Source of the DNA: Perkinsus chesapeaki ATCC PRA-425
Taxonomy: Eukaryota; Protista; Perkinsozoa
Direction of reading: 5' to 3'
Length of the DNA stretch: 64,000 nucleotides
NCBI GenBank assembly: GCA_013115145.1
Contig: JAAPAO010000090.1
Location: 19,808-83,807, forward strand
Positions 12,138-25,534 of this stretch are shown here, one piece after another (position 1 is the stretch's first letter; every line of letters begins with the position of its first letter). The notes below the pieces were generated by a model. The model was not told the origin of the DNA, did not search any database, and saw only the letters and a program-made list of their open reading frames with translations. The translations under genes were made by a program, and so were the position numbers.

Positions 12138-13533
12138 CTAAGAGCGGCCATAGCCGCCTGAGCAGCCTGAACTGTTCGGGCCTGAGATGCACTTGAATGT
12201 CGGGGCAGATAGGTAAAAGATGCTCATCACATTGCTCCATTCGTAGTCAGGGTTCGTAGCCTTGAGATTTTCCTTAGCAGCATTGACTATAGCAGTCGCA
12301 AGCAGCCAGTCGTTTGAGTCATTCTGATAGTTATAACTATTGTTCTGAGAGAGCAAGGAACGATAAGATATATTATCATAGTAAAGCAGGTTGAAGCATT
12401 GCTCACCGAAAACTGAAATGGAATTGTATAAAATCCGCCGGGGAGGTATGGCTGTGAGGTGTAGCAGGGCGCAGCAGCAGCAGGTTGCGAGTAAGGTAAA
12501 TGGTATGAAACAGGGTACCAAACAGAATCGTTTCCAAGGGATCTGGAAAAAAAGAAAAAGACAAGTTTCCCAAACAGTTCTAGGATAGTGGTGGTGGCCT
12601 TCTTACGTATTAGCCAGGCCGGAATTGGTTCGCGCACGCCCGTTGTTCACCGCTGCAAACGACGAGCGTCTTCTGCTTTCTCCATCCCCTTCAATATGTT
12701 GATCGATATTAGGCACGCTTGCCCTTCGACCAGCCTTGGCTGATTTTTTATTTGTTTTAAATTTTCCGAGCAGGTCCTCAACAGCCACCCTGGCAGCAGC
12801 GGAAGCACGCTCTATACGGGTACGACCCCTCGAAGAGGTGGTGGAGACTGGGGATGAACCTGGAGACAATTCCAGGCTCTTGCTGCTGCTGATCAAGAGA
12901 GATTATGTGAATGTTACAAAAATGTTCCTCGCTTGTGATGTTCTGATTTGTCGGCGAAATAACATCTGAACCTCCGTGGACCTGACCGAGGCTTTCAACG
13001 ATAGTTCTGGTAGTCTCGCTCGAGAACTCACCGTGGCGTCCGGATTGTGGACGTGCCTCAGCTCCTCGTGGGAGTGAGCAAAAGGGCAATCTTGAGATCC
13101 TTTTCTACACGCCCCGTTCATAAAAGCGATGCACAGCTTCGTCTTGCGGAGGTCTAGTCCCTCATGGACTTCATCAGCGGTATGAGCAAAGCAACCTAAC
13201 AGGATTGCCTTATTGCCATTTGAGTGGAGAGGGCCCAAGATGGACGCACATGCGTTTCCGAAGGTGCAGGCACCTCGAGGATAATACTTGCATAGCTTTG
13301 TACGATACAGCTTAGCCGCCAGCCGAGTTCCTGCTCAGTATAGTACTAGAAAAGAAAACAACACTACCCTACCGGTCCGAGTTGTAGGAACGCTATCATG
13401 CGTCGCAGCCCTAAAAGTGAAGGTATGATGAGCACGACGGAAACTACGCGGACTACGCCCCATGTGCGCACCTCTTCCGCGGAACGTATTGATGCCTCGG
13501 ACTCTCATAGATGGCAGATTTGGATGCCACCAT
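12138..13533 (-). CDS. Tandem CCCH zinc-finger RNA-binding protein, multi-exon
   Basis: Splicing gives LYRTKLCKYYPRGACTFGNACCFAH...LRKTKLCIAFMNGACRKGSQDCPFAHSHEEL. Ends are approximate. Confidence 0.85.
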
Positions 13534-13806
13534 TGGTGTGGGAGGCGCGGTTGGGGAAGACACATTTGATGAGGAGAAGGAGGGGGAGGATGATGACATG
13601 TTCAGAATTGTGAAATTAACCAAGCTACTCCTGCGGTATTAGCGCCATCAGCGCAACAATCGGGGGAGCAGCCCGAAACAGCCGTCATCACGGAAAAGTT
13701 GTAACTTCCATCAATCATGCGGGACGTGTTGGAATTACAGGACGCGGAGGAGGAACGCGAATATGTCGAAAATGCTATACAGTTTCCTAACTACTAACTT
13801 CTACAC

Positions 13807-16800
13807 CTAAAACGATTGTGACTTGGACACTTTCAGGGAAGGAGCGTCACGTGGGGTACGGCGCCACTGCCTTCTCATCATAGGCATCGGCGGCGATCTA
13901 CTTGATAGTAATAATAGTAGGCGGTCGTCTGTGGGGCACCTTCGAGTGGCGGAGGAGGATGAAGGGGAACCGATGATCTACCTGAGACCGAAAGACGTCA
14001 TTGCTGTCAGCGATCGAGGGTCAAACCGTTCCGGGGCAGATACTCCTGAAACTGATGAGAGCGTCTGTTGTCACCAACGAGCGGCGCCGCCAGAACAGGC
14101 AGGTGTGCTCGGTCGTGAGAAGGTCGATGGAACCTACTCACATTGGCAGCAGCTTGCTCGACTTGTGGAGGGTCACCTAAATTCTCTACGGGACCGTTCA
14201 CGACTGCGTCGTTTGCCCATCGAGAACGGCCAGCAGCCGGCGCCACTCGCCGCACGGTCGGAGCCGGCCACAGGCCTCCCGCGCTGGCCCAGCGACAGCG
14301 CCCGTCTTATCGTGTTAGAAGTTGCAGCCATGAGGAAAAGCAATGTGACCTGTTATAGGGGCAGTAAGGCGGGTAAACGGTGGGCGCGCACCAACCAGCG
14401 CTAGGGCCACCAGCGCCCCAAGCTCGGTCTCCCGAAATCCCCGAGCATCTTGTTCTGGTGGCAGAAGCAACGGGGAGTTGATGACCATACGGGACGCGGA
14501 GTGATTGGGAACATGGGGGCGATCGGCCAGACTAGGGGGCAGCGTAATGGTGTAGGCATGGTAAAAGCTTACCCAATTCTAGAACGACCGGCATCGAAAA
14601 CGGTGTAGAACTTCTTCATGAAAGTATCGCCGAAGACCCAAGGCGACGTATCGTGGCCCATCTGCACCTGCACCGGCTCGCATCAGCTTCAATCATCCAC
14701 AGCGATCCAATTTAGTCTAGACGCTCACCTCGAGTACACACTGCTTGCTATCGAGACCAGGTCCCGTAAAGTAGTCATGTGGCAGCACCGGAAACTGTCG
14801 GTTGGCAACGAGAACCTGATCTTGGCAGTAGTAGTAGGGGACCCCTTCCTGCTTCGGGGGCTGCTGCTGTCCTACACTGATTCTTCGGGCATGCTGCCGT
14901 AAATCACATGGACAAATCTGACCATGGTGATCTCTGTAGATGAGACGAGCAGCAGCACTTACAACAAGATTGCTCGGTTTCAGAACCGAACACTTGGCGA
15001 GCTTATCAGAGGGCAGCAGAGCAGAGAGGAATTTCACAAAGTCCGGTCTTGGAACCATCAAATAAGAGGTTCCGGTGTCCAACACAATAGCCTGTAGCGG
15101 AGCTACCGATTGCACACCAATGCGCCGGCTCAAATTCGGAGGCTTACCTGCCTCTGGACAAGCAAGCGCTTTGGTACAGGTTCAATATCGTCACCCCCTT
15201 CAACAAGCTCACTGTCAGCAGCAGCAGCCGCCGCCGCCACACCAACAGTGTTCCCTAAGGCGAATCGAGCCATCGACAATCTAACTGTGATTGCATTCTC
15301 TTCCAACCGTCGTCCTTGTGTGACTTTTTCTCTTCGATCACTTCTATAACTGTCTCCATGGCCCAATACACATGACTAACCAACGGAGCCCACGTAAGGG
15401 TCTCTGCTCGGAACCTACACCACCACCAGCAATCACATCATCCCTCTGCGGTCGACACACTAACATGCTTGCATCCAAGCCACCGAAAGCAACGGAGCTT
15501 CCCATCGTAGCAGCAGCAATAGGGTCCTCCGACAACGAGAATGCCATAACCTGCCCGATACCGCTCCCTTCCATCTGGCATGCAATTGGTGTACTGGTTC
15601 CCCCAGGTGCTGTAGGATGTTCTCCAGTGCCGTCGTGCCCGTGCTGCCGAGCGCAGGGAAGCCGAGCCTGCGAACGGCTCTTCATAGGGAGAATCAGGAA
15701 GCAGTTTTTTACCCCATGACACCATCATACAATCCACCCTCGAGGTCTTCACTAAGTGTCGAAACAACCCTGAGAGCTCCTCAGTGAGGCCACAGAGCCA
15801 AATGCTGAGTACAAATGCTGATGAGGAATGCAAAGGGCCTCCGCCGAGGTCCGAGTGGGGGGCACTTCTATCATGTCGCTCTTTGGGTTATTGTCAACTG
15901 CTCCGAAACACACCCGGTCCGACCCTAAACCATGCTTCTGCTGCATTCTTTGCCGCCAAGTACCCTCACCCAGCATGCCCTCGATCGACCCAACGCCATA
16001 GGTCAACTTCCGAGTATCTTTAGACGCCTCGAACGTGCTCGAATTCGACGGGTCGAACCTTGCACGATCCCTCGAGAGTCGTTTCCCTGCTGCTCACCTC
16101 GATCTCGGCACCCAAACGTCAGCGCTGCCAGTGTCAAATATAACAGTGACAGTCTGGGCGGGCACACCAATCTGTATAGGCCCGAAGTACTGGGTGTTAG
16201 CAACGTTGATCAGAGGCTCTAGAATGTACGACAGTCGACTCGGGTCTGCAACAATGACAACGACGACGTATTCGACAGGCCAAATGTCCGAGTTCACCAG
16301 CACCTTTCAAGGCCTGGGAGGTCGAGACCACGGCAGCCGTCTCAACTTCACCAGCCACTGAATTCGCCTGCAGAGCGGTGTTCCACGACAGGCTCCTTCA
16401 CGCCCTCTTACATCGTTCGAAAACTCATCACTTTTGGGCCTCCTATAGACCACCTGAGCGAAGCTGCTGTGTTTTTCCCGCTACACACTGATGAGATATT
16501 CTACTTTAAACTCTGATAAAGCGATAGGTATCTGGCCGCGAATCTCCATCGGAGAATTGCTGTCGCAAGGTACACCGGCGTGTGACACTTGTCTTGACAA
16601 GCGCACTTTCACAGGACGCCGCTACAAGAACACCGTTAACAAGAACAAGGGAAAAGCAGGTACTTGTTCATCGCCGTCCGACCGTTGGTCAACACGGACA
16701 TACGACGCGAACTTATTGTGCGAAGAGCCCCGCAGATCCTGTTCACCGGTTGCCATTGAGAGAACCACCAACCCGAGGTGACCAAGCCTAAGGCACACTA

Positions 16801-16852
16801 GTGCCATTGAAAAACAAACTATTTTCGCCAAAATTACACTCCTACAATCCAT
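13807..16852 (-). CDS. Pepsin-like (A1) aspartic protease with N-terminal hydrophobic signal and probable C-terminal TM helix
   Basis: YFGPIQIG...VIFDTGS, flap [44 protein letters not shown]. Hydrophobic LGALVALAL(V)TLLFLMAA after the catalytic domain. Confidence 0.92.
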
Positions 16853-16958
16853 GCCCTACGGATTGACAAGCACTAAATCCGCAAGCCGTCTGTCCTGTCC
16901 CGAAGAAACTCTAATAGAGCAGCATCCCTTCAGACAATGACCATCTTATCGTTCCTTC

Positions 16959-17410
16959 TTACTCGAGAGCAGTGAGAATATCGGAGTCACCGGCGTCGAG
17001 GATAGCCATGCACGAGACACGGTAGAACCTACGGCAGGCGGTACCGAGGGCATTGTTGTCACCGACGTAGTGGTGGACGCCAGTCTTGGAGAGCATGGCG
17101 TAGTACTCAATCTCGGAACGACGAAGAGCAGGGCAGTTGCTCGACACCAAGACGAGCTTGGCAGAACCGGAACGGATGGCCTAAAATGCACACACTTGAA
17201 GGACAGGCTAAGGGAAGGGGACACTACCTTCATGGTGGACCTCCAACCAATGGTGTACTTTCCGGACTTGAGAACGAGCTGCAAGCCGGCGTTAACGGAC
17301 TCATGAGCCTTAGTCTAAAAAAATAGAAATGGTGACAAGAGGAACATGAAGGAGCCAGCATTCATCTCCCGCTAGTCGCCGCCCGGGCATACCTGCTTCT
17401 TGGACACCAT
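16959..17410 (-). CDS. RPL30: 60S ribosomal protein L30 (eL30), 3 exons
   Basis: MVSKKQ|[29 protein letters not shown]|[49 protein letters not shown]...DAGDSDIL. Confidence 0.95.
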
Positions 17411-17470
17411 ATTAAGAGATGCTTCGAGGGTGCTTCCTGAGAAAGAAGACCGACATTAGTCATCTCAAAA

Positions 17471-17821
17471 GTGTCATCCACAGGGTGCGAAAACGACAAC
17501 AACGGCAGAAGAGATGAGGAACCAACGTTCGCTTCTTACCCGCAAGGTTTCTTGAGGAGGTTTAGTCAAGGGCTCGCGCGAGATTCTCAAAGGGCTATCG
17601 ATCGCGCAATCGATTATCAACTCTTGAAATTCTTGAACAATCTTGCTCTCTTTACTTTCCCTAATGAGATGTTTGCCTTTGCGCACCTTTGCCCCTGTCT
17701 CCGACTAGAGGCTCCTCCTCGGGCCCTCTCGCCTATCACTGAACCACCCCGTCATGCTCAATATGACGATCGACCGGGAAGCACAGTCTCGGGCGAAATT
17801 GAAGTCAGCAAGATCGAGTAG
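17471..17821 (+). CDS. Hypothetical protein/exon
   Basis: 116-codon open frame divergent from RPL30. Start unclear, no motif. Confidence 0.3.
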   Translation: MSSTGCENDNNGRRDEEPTFASYPQGFLRRFSQGLARDSQRAIDRAIDYQLLKFLNNLALFTFPNEMFAFAHLCPCLRLEAPPRALSPITEPPRHAQYDDRPGSTVSGEIEVSKIE

Positions 17822-18480
17822 GAATATATTTTCGATGTTTTGGATTTTAAGCTAGAGCTTGCCGGTGACATTCCTCAACAGTGGGCTCTGATAGCGTCCT
17901 TAGTTCAGCATTAGTGTCTGTATTAGGCGTTCTCTTCTGTAAGGTCGTATTCTTAAGTAGCTCCGCTTTCGTCACGTCACACCTTTCGGGGGAGCTTCTG
18001 AGTTCATTAAGCTTCATTCTTTTAAAGTAGTAGCTGCAAGTAATCACCGAATATTCTCCTTTACTCGAACACTATCGAAAATGCCGTTGTTGTCCTACCC
18101 TCGTCATCTCCACTACAGAGTCGACTGGTGCTTCATCGAGCAAAATTCAACCTGATATCTTGCATGTTCATTATTATGGTGCACGTACCGCGGCTCTCAT
18201 AAGATCTTATACTCCATTCGGCACTGTTTCTTATCAGGCCCTCCTTTCAACACTCTAGGGGCTGTATCGTCATGGGTGACAGTTCTGTCATTGGCTCATG
18301 TGAAGATTGCCAGTCTATAGACACCGACCAGTCTCGTCGAATCAGGTTTGTTGAAAGTTATTCTCTTTTATCACTTCTGACCTCTTCAGCGTCTTATCGT
18401 TCCACGGATACCGATCCCCTACAGGGAAGCTGTCTGATTGTGTATCAGTTGACTGCGAGGAGGAGAAAGGCACAACCGCT

Positions 18481-18807
18481 GTGCCGACAGCTTGCTCGAG
18501 CCCCACCGGTCACGTGCACGCTCGTACGGAGGATTCCCCTACAGATGAACACTTTGGATTTTTCGTATCGATTGCTCACTCGGAAGCTTCGCCAATAAAG
18601 GCTGGTACTGTTGCCGGTGACGATAGCGTTGTTGATTACGTTGATGAGCATGGCAATCCTGAGGAACAACGCGTCCCTCTGGGAGTCTTTTCGGTTGGAG
18701 CTTCGACGTTCGGCTACCACAGGGCCCAGCAGCTGCAGACGCGCCTCGCTGGCATTATTATGACCGAGCCCAGCCGGCCGCCTTGGAGCAATATGCTGGA
18801 GCGATAA
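18481..18807 (+). CDS. Hypothetical protein/terminal exon
   Basis: 108-codon frame with protein-like composition. 5' exons not resolved. Confidence 0.3.
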   Translation: MPTACSSPTGHVHARTEDSPTDEHFGFFVSIAHSEASPIKAGTVAGDDSVVDYVDEHGNPEEQRVPLGVFSVGASTFGYHRAQQLQTRLAGIIMTEPSRPPWSNMLER

Positions 18808-18946
18808 GGAGAATGTAGTATGCTGTAATTCGCTAACATGGGAGAAATATAAGTAATTATTTCATCAATTCTGATGACGCATACGTGTTGAGTATTGTTT
18901 GGATTATTTATGTTGTTGCTTCCCTCCAGTGGTGTTGATTATTATA

Positions 18947-19390
18947 ATGGCCCTCTCGTGGTTGATAAGGTTAACGGTATTTTTGTACGCAGTATCGTGC
19001 GCATCCGGTTGGATCGGAACATCGACACCTCTCGCCGGGCTGGGTTATGATGTATTGATGCCCCCCAGTGTTCCGCCGTCTCTGCCGCAGCTGCAGCAGC
19101 TGCTCGAGTCTGAGCAGCATGTTTCCAATCTCTCAGATGGTCCCATGTCGGAGGGTGTTATGATGCCCAGTCCGACGGCACTATTTGTTATTGCTATTGT
19201 AGCTGTGTACTGCAGTGACCTGTTCTTTGGAGAGAGCTCTTCTTCAACGTCACCCTCATCTTCATCGGCCTATCAGGGTGATCATCAATCGGTAGGGGTT
19301 TATACTCCTTACTCTACTGGAGCGGATACGGTGCTTGGGTCGTCTACTCCAATGTGGCAGCAGCTGCAGCAGTCATCGATACGCAGTTGA
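18947..19390 (+). CDS. Small intronless secreted/membrane protein
   Basis: ATG 18947, signal-like MALSWLIRLTVFLYAVSCASG, second hydrophobic stretch ALFVIAIVAVYC, Ser/Gln-rich tail. Confidence 0.5.
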   Translation: MALSWLIRLTVFLYAVSCASGWIGTSTPLAGLGYDVLMPPSVPPSLPQLQQLLESEQHVSNLSDGPMSEGVMMPSPTALFVIAIVAVYCSDLFFGESSSSTSPSSSSAYQGDHQSVGVYTPYSTGADTVLGSSTPMWQQLQQSSIRS

Positions 19391-20361
19391 ATGTTGGTGA
19401 TGAGGCCCTTGTGCCAGAGGGGCTCCTCATAATCTGATTTAATAACAAGTTCGATAAGTACACTAGTAACATAATTCTTGTAAGCTGTTAATGAACTCCT
19501 TCGATCACTACTCTTCAATTGTATCCTTGCTATACTACTACTACGACAAGACTGCTCAGGTCATTGTTTGCCGTCTCTTCGTAGTTCATATTCATCAATA
19601 CCATTATTTCCCCCAAGTTCCTGGCTTTCTAACAAGCTTTATCCGTTTGTTGGTAGCATTGGTCCCTATGAGCCTGTGAGCTCCTTCTCGCCTTTATCTG
19701 TATCGTTCTATTTAATCCCCGCTTAAGGCTACATTCCCCCTCGAAATCTCGTATTGGTTTCGTTAAGGTTGCTCATCGCTGCATGTTGCTGCACGACTGA
19801 TTCTTTCCCTCCAACTGTTATCTCTACTTCCCTACAATTGCCCTAATTATTATGATGGTAATGACTGTGGTCGTCACTTTAAAGTCCACTCCTACTAATG
19901 CACCCCTCAATTTACCCTATTGCATGATGCTGTAGCTCGCTTATTATTATTGTCGTCTTGGTCATTTGTCGTATTATCACGGGACATGGTAGTAGTAGTG
20001 CTGAGGTGGCTGATGTCGAATTGCTAATATATCGTCTACTTGTTCACTATAATTTTTGCATCATCTCTGCATACCGCCTTGGTGTCGTTAACAACAGCAA
20101 CAACAACTTACCATCGGCCTGCTGGATTGGTAACAAGTGCTCACTGACGAGGTGGTTAATATTGGCAATGTGTTATTATTGCGTCACTGCCCAAGAATTA
20201 GGCCTGTACCGCACTGTAGCCCTACAGCCTTTTTACTATATCTGTAGCATATATACCGTCATTATAGTCATTTATCTTGTGTTGATATCACAGTTTGTCA
20301 AACCAACTAAGGGAACTCAAAACAGAAAGTTGAAAGGCAATATATTATATCATCATGCGGA

Positions 20362-21817
20362 CTAGGCTTCACCGAGGTAGCCCAGAAGATCCTTGAATAA
20401 AGCATCCGCGTCATCTTCGACCTTGGAGCTCGAATCAAATGGCTGACTTGGGTCTGTTGAGCCTGCTATATTATTGTTGATAAACAGAAACATCGAAGGT
20501 ACCTAGGTTAACCTCGACGGGATCTAACGGTTTCACGTCATCACGGCTAGGATCTTCCGCAGAGCCTTCATGAGTAATGCCCACCCTATACAAGATAATG
20601 ACGCATGATTTACCCGTACGCAAAAGGACGTGGCATTAAGTACGATGCCGCCGGCTCCAATGGCAATCTTTCCGGTAGGGGAGAGCTGATCGTTATTGAT
20701 TCCTCTGCAACGGTCTTCACCATATCCTTCGTATCTATAAAGGATCATAACACACGGGCTTGCCGGCTGGACCGCTCGGGTGGCGCACCAGCCAGATATG
20801 CGGGTGAATCCGGCTGCTGGGAGATCGAATATGACGGTTCGACAAGGCTCCTAATCGGGAGGCATGTCTCCATGTTACCGGTTTCCGCCGCGGATTCCCC
20901 TAGATTCCCCAGCGCGCCCTCCTCCTGATCTTTGTCTTTAACTCGCGCTTCGGCTTCGACCATACATCTGGCCACTTCACGCCGGCGCGCATCCACCAGG
21001 TTAGCTCGCAACTGAGCGATCTCGTCTGATTAGGACGCTAAAAATATCTGTATGTCATTCCTTTACCTTGTCGTCGATCCTCCATAACAAAGCCCTGGCT
21101 ACTATAACTGCTGCTGCATTCTCGCCAGGGTCGAGCCAGGACCTCCGCTACTTTCCTCTTCTCATCAACCGCCAGTTGTTTTGCTTGGTGGACCGCTCTA
21201 AAGGGTCGCCGCCGAAAAATACAAAACCTCTGTCTACCGGTCTTCCACAATTGGCTCAAAGTGTTGTTCTTGCTGAGCTTCCGCCCGTCGACGTTCCTGT
21301 CTTGCGGCCATGTCATTTAAGCTCGAGATTAAGTGTCCTTCACAACATACCATCGTAACTACTCCATCAATGAGCACTACGTTGTCCGCAAGGCGGCAGT
21401 TCTCTAATCTCTTCACTGCTATTCAATACTTCCGGTGAGTTCCTCGGATTCAGTAGCATCTCTGCTACTCCGACGTTGCTGCAAAACTAGACAATTAGGT
21501 CGGTTGAGGTCTTGGCGGTACTCGATGGGTATGTCTTCGATTAGGCCAGCGTGTGCTAAGTTCTTCCCCTGCTCTTCTGCTTGGGGTACCAGGCGTCGTG
21601 TCGCCATCGCTGGCGTCTCTCGGCAGTCATTCTCAATACGGCTGTTGTCTAAGCTTTGTTTCGTAGCCGAACTCGCAATAGCGTGACCTCTGTTCGACAC
21701 GTAATCGTTCGCACCGGGAAACCTAACCATTTCCCTTCCTTGCTTAAGTCCCTTCGCTAGCTGCTGGGGCGTCATTCTCTGATCAGCTCCAGGTGGGCGA
21801 TTCGGTACGGGTGCCAT
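20362..21817 (-). CDS. Multi-exon hypothetical protein with coiled-coil segments
   Basis: Series of minus-strand exons (MAPVPNRPP..., ARQERRRAEAQQEQ, DARRREVARCMVEAEARVK, ...FKDLLGYLGEA*). Confidence 0.55.
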
Positions 21818-22003
21818 TGACTAGTGAGTGAACACTAGGTGTCATATACTTTATTTATTAAGTGTAAGGCACGTTCTCTGCTCTGAGTCCGTTGCAGAGG
21901 GCGATTCACTGTACGCAAGCCTATGATTCTCAACCTTATACATCATTAATGCAATTACAGCAACAATAAGTGCAAACAACTAATGGTAAGGTATGTGACA
22001 ACA

Positions 22004-22711
22004 TTACCACCTATCGTAGTAGTAACTGCTTTCGTGTTCATATCTCGTAGTTGAGAGGCCAGATTCATTAGCTGTACGTGAGCTATAGAAGGCTGGGCGT
22101 AAAGACTGTGTGGCTCGTCGACGGCCAGAGTCATAGAGCAGTGTCGATTCTGATGGGTCCTTGTGTGGCGCGAATTGATACACAACGTCATCTCGTGCGT
22201 CACGTCTGGGCAGGGATCCGGCTAATGCGGGGCTCCGATAACTGGTGAAGGTATGGTGATCGGGGTTAGTGTATGATCGCGGTCGGAACGTGTGATCTAG
22301 CGCTCGATGGAGTGGTGCTTGAATGATGATATCAGGAGGAGCTAGGACGCTGCTAGCTCTCTTTAAGTGATACGGCGTCGTGACCTCTATATGCCTTTCA
22401 ACCTTGTAGTGACCGTCATCGCCGTAAACAATATCTTCTTCGCGGTCAACTTCAAACACCTCATGTTTGCGAGGGCTTGGTGGATCCCAATGAGACATTC
22501 GACCTTGTAGTTCAGCAGCTATATTATGATGCAAGTCACGGATTATCATGTCCGTGGTTAGCCGTCGGTCGAGCGCGCTTGCCCGGTGCTGAGAGCGCCT
22601 CGACGTACCTTCCGAAGTCGATGGCTTCCCACTACCACCAACAGGGGCGCCTCTGTCATGCTCGTAACTGGGACTCATTCGGTGTTGTTGTGGATGCTCA
22701 CGTTGCGACAC
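22004..22711 (-). CDS. Intronless hypothetical protein, disordered, Ser/Arg/His/Tyr-rich
   Basis: 235-codon open frame; likely ATG at MSPSYEH. Confidence 0.55.
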   Translation of the reverse strand: MSQREHPQQHRMSPSYEHDRGAPVGGSGKPSTSEGTSRRSQHRASALDRRLTTDMIIRDLHHNIAAELQGRMSHWDPPSPRKHEVFEVDREEDIVYGDDGHYKVERHIEVTTPYHLKRASSVLAPPDIIIQAPLHRALDHTFRPRSYTNPDHHTFTSYRSPALAGSLPRRDARDDVVYQFAPHKDPSESTLLYDSGRRRATQSLRPAFYSSRTANESGLSTTRYEHESSYYYDRW

Positions 22712-23269
22712 AGAACCGTATGATACGTTGGAGCTGGAACTCGAGAACTGGTCTTCCTCACGCGCTGAAAATATAAATTCATATACACTTAGTCGTATAC
22801 CCGTAAGGCAAGCAGATAAGGCAAGTGACGGGAATTGGAGGCAAATCGCGAGAGAGGTTGTAGCCGAGAAGCATTGCGTGGCAATTTTTGATTGTTTCGT
22901 ACAAATTTATAGTTAGCATTTCACCTTACAGTTGGGTTCAGTTTTGCCTTGTGTATATTTGTTATCGCCGTTATCTTCTCCCTCCTTATCTTTATCGGAT
23001 GGACAGCAACAGTTACCCATGACAAATTCACCGAATCAATACGGAAAATATGGATCTTGCGCTCTTAGTAGCGCGCGCCGATAAACTCAAGATCTTGAAT
23101 AGACGACCTCTTCCGAAGCCGAAGCGCTCCTAGGAGCGCGCTCCAATTCAGGAGAGCCCTATTGACCACCCTGTCTGAACCGTGCAGGAGCCACGTCCTT
23201 ATGATGAAGCTTCCTTAAACTTTTATTAGCATTAGGACACATGCCGCTGGGGGAGCCCGCCGCGCAAGA

Positions 23270-24689
23270 ATGGATACCGGGAGTACATTGCCGTCCTCTT
23301 CGATAGCAACATCCACTCGTTTACGTCTAATGACTCTAGAGTTTATGTTTCGTAGTCTCTCCCCGTCGACCATGTCCCTTCTCTACACCGTTGACCCACT
23401 CACATCGACGTTTGGGGGTGTGGTGACCGGGGGGTTTTCTATCGATGATGCTGCAGATGCTGATGATGAACTTATTGAGAAAATAAGAGCCGACATTCAT
23501 AAGTACAGGTTCCTGTTATTTCGGAAACAGAAGGATCTCACTGGCGAGCGCCAGGTAGTGACGTTCCGTGGCAACCAGAGATGGAGGGCCACACCCGCCT
23601 TACGGGTCGGATCGGCTCGCTCAAGTAGGAGGCTTCTGCGACGAACCGTGGATCGACGACGTTTTATTCGTCCTAGGCAGTCTGATTGTAAACCAAGTGT
23701 GGCTTGTGCAGACCGGAGATGCCAGCATTCGTCCTTTAATTCTTTCTGTGGTTAGGTAGCGTTCTCCCAGAGATTAGGGAGCATAGAGTCTACCTTTTAT
23801 AAGCACCCTAAGTCCCCTCATAAGGACATCTTCCGAGTCTCGAACGAAGAAAGCGTTGGGTGCACTCAAGTCGGTAGGAGTGGGTGGCATGTCGACGGCA
23901 CCTTCCTGCAAATGTAGCCATAGTCAAGTCTACAAGTGGTACAGGTTACTCTCATAGGCCCTTCCGTTATCAAACGATGTACTTTCCCAAAGCGAGTTCG
24001 ACGGGATTCACCGAGCTAGTACCGCTGAAGGAACTATTTGAGCAGCAGAACGCTGAGCGCCAGGATCGATGGAACAGGTGCTGCCAGCGGCACATCGCAT
24101 TTGCTTGGTAAATGTGCGTTTTGATACTATGGGATTCGCGAGGACGGATTCTTTGATGAGCGCTCTTAGTATGGAAAAACAGTGTTATCCGCAGGGCATG
24201 GTTCGTGAGCGATAATGGTCGGATCGTTCACCCTCTAGTGTACAAGCATCCAACCACAGGCTACACTACTATGATCTTCCATTGTGGCAGAGTAAGCCTT
24301 ATTCGATGAAGTGCTAAGCAGCATTCGTGGTTCATTTAGCCGTTCTGTGCATGCTGGGTCATGGACTACAGTCCCGACACTCGCCCTAGTGAGGATCAAA
24401 TACTTCCACCATCTGAGCTCCAAAATGAGATAACTCAATCCATTCAGGAGTCACGTTCGAGGAACCTCGTGTACTGCTGCCGCAGCAGCGACGCATGTAG
24501 CTGACCATCGTATTGTGTAGGTACACAATGAAATGGGAAGAAGGCGATTTTGGCATACTAGACAACCTAGCCCTGGCGCACTATGCCGTTCCGGGCACTC
24601 AGGATCCAGCCTCTGAAGTCGGCCTACGTATTCTACACCGCACTACAATTGAGGGAGAGTCCATCCCACGAAAGAGCCGCAAATCTTAA
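23270..24689 (+). CDS. TauD/TfdA-family Fe(II)/2-oxoglutarate dioxygenase, multi-exon
   Basis: IEKIRADIHKYRFLLFRKQ, IFRVSN...GWHVDGTF (HxD), VHPLVYKHPTTG, WEEGDFGILDNLALAH (distal His), LRILHRTT (2OG Arg). Confidence 0.9.
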
Positions 24690-25534
24690 AGCTATACCTA
24701 GTGAGCGTTGTGCCCACCTGTACTGTTATTACTGATGTTTCATGAACGTATGAGTTATTCGGTTCATAGTAAAAGCAGTAAATCTATTGAAGCACTGATA
24801 GAGCACATGCATCGAGAAATAAGACGGACAGTTAGGGGCACCTGCAACACAGCTGTCAAGTGACTTCATCAACGTGTAGCTAGCCTCCTTTCAAGTAGGG
24901 CTAATTCCAGTAGGGGTCACGGTGACCAGTGGGGCCGCGCGCCGTGGGAGCAGGCAGCGTGAGACAGGCGGTACTATAGCACAACCAGACTGATTATTAT
25001 CCACCACATTCTGGTTCCCTCCTCCCCCTCAACTCCCCCGACACGAGCACTAATAGGCATTACGGTACAGCTATATACAATGAATGGACAATATATACAA
25101 TGAGCAGATAGAACTACAAAATAGTAACGAGGGGCAAATAAGAGATAGGCAGGTTTGCCGATACGTCACTGTGTGCTGGAGTCTTGTACCCATCTCGTAA
25201 TCTACCATCTCACACGTCACGACGATCGCGCGCCATCTCGCCATCGTAACTGCTTTGTAAGGCTCCTTTGTGCGCCACCAGATGTAGGCACGTTGTGTGC
25301 CACAATGTCAGTGTTAGTCTCAATTATCTTGTCTGATGAGTATCGATTAACATGGAGTGCGCTTATTATTGTAGCGTCAGTGGTTACTCCATAGTTGTAC
25401 GTATGTACACAATTATACTCGCCTAATCACAGCCTGTTGCGCTCCTGGTACTCGGACGGCTAATCGAGCTACTATCAGTGACATCAGCTGTAGCTAGGAA
25501 ACACTCGTTTACGAATCGTAGGATTCTGCCCATT

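Noticed and set aside
22930-23070. Short TM-like frame GFSFALCIFVIAVIFSLLIFIGW
   Set aside because: No convincing start or upstream exon could be joined, so there is too little support to call a gene.
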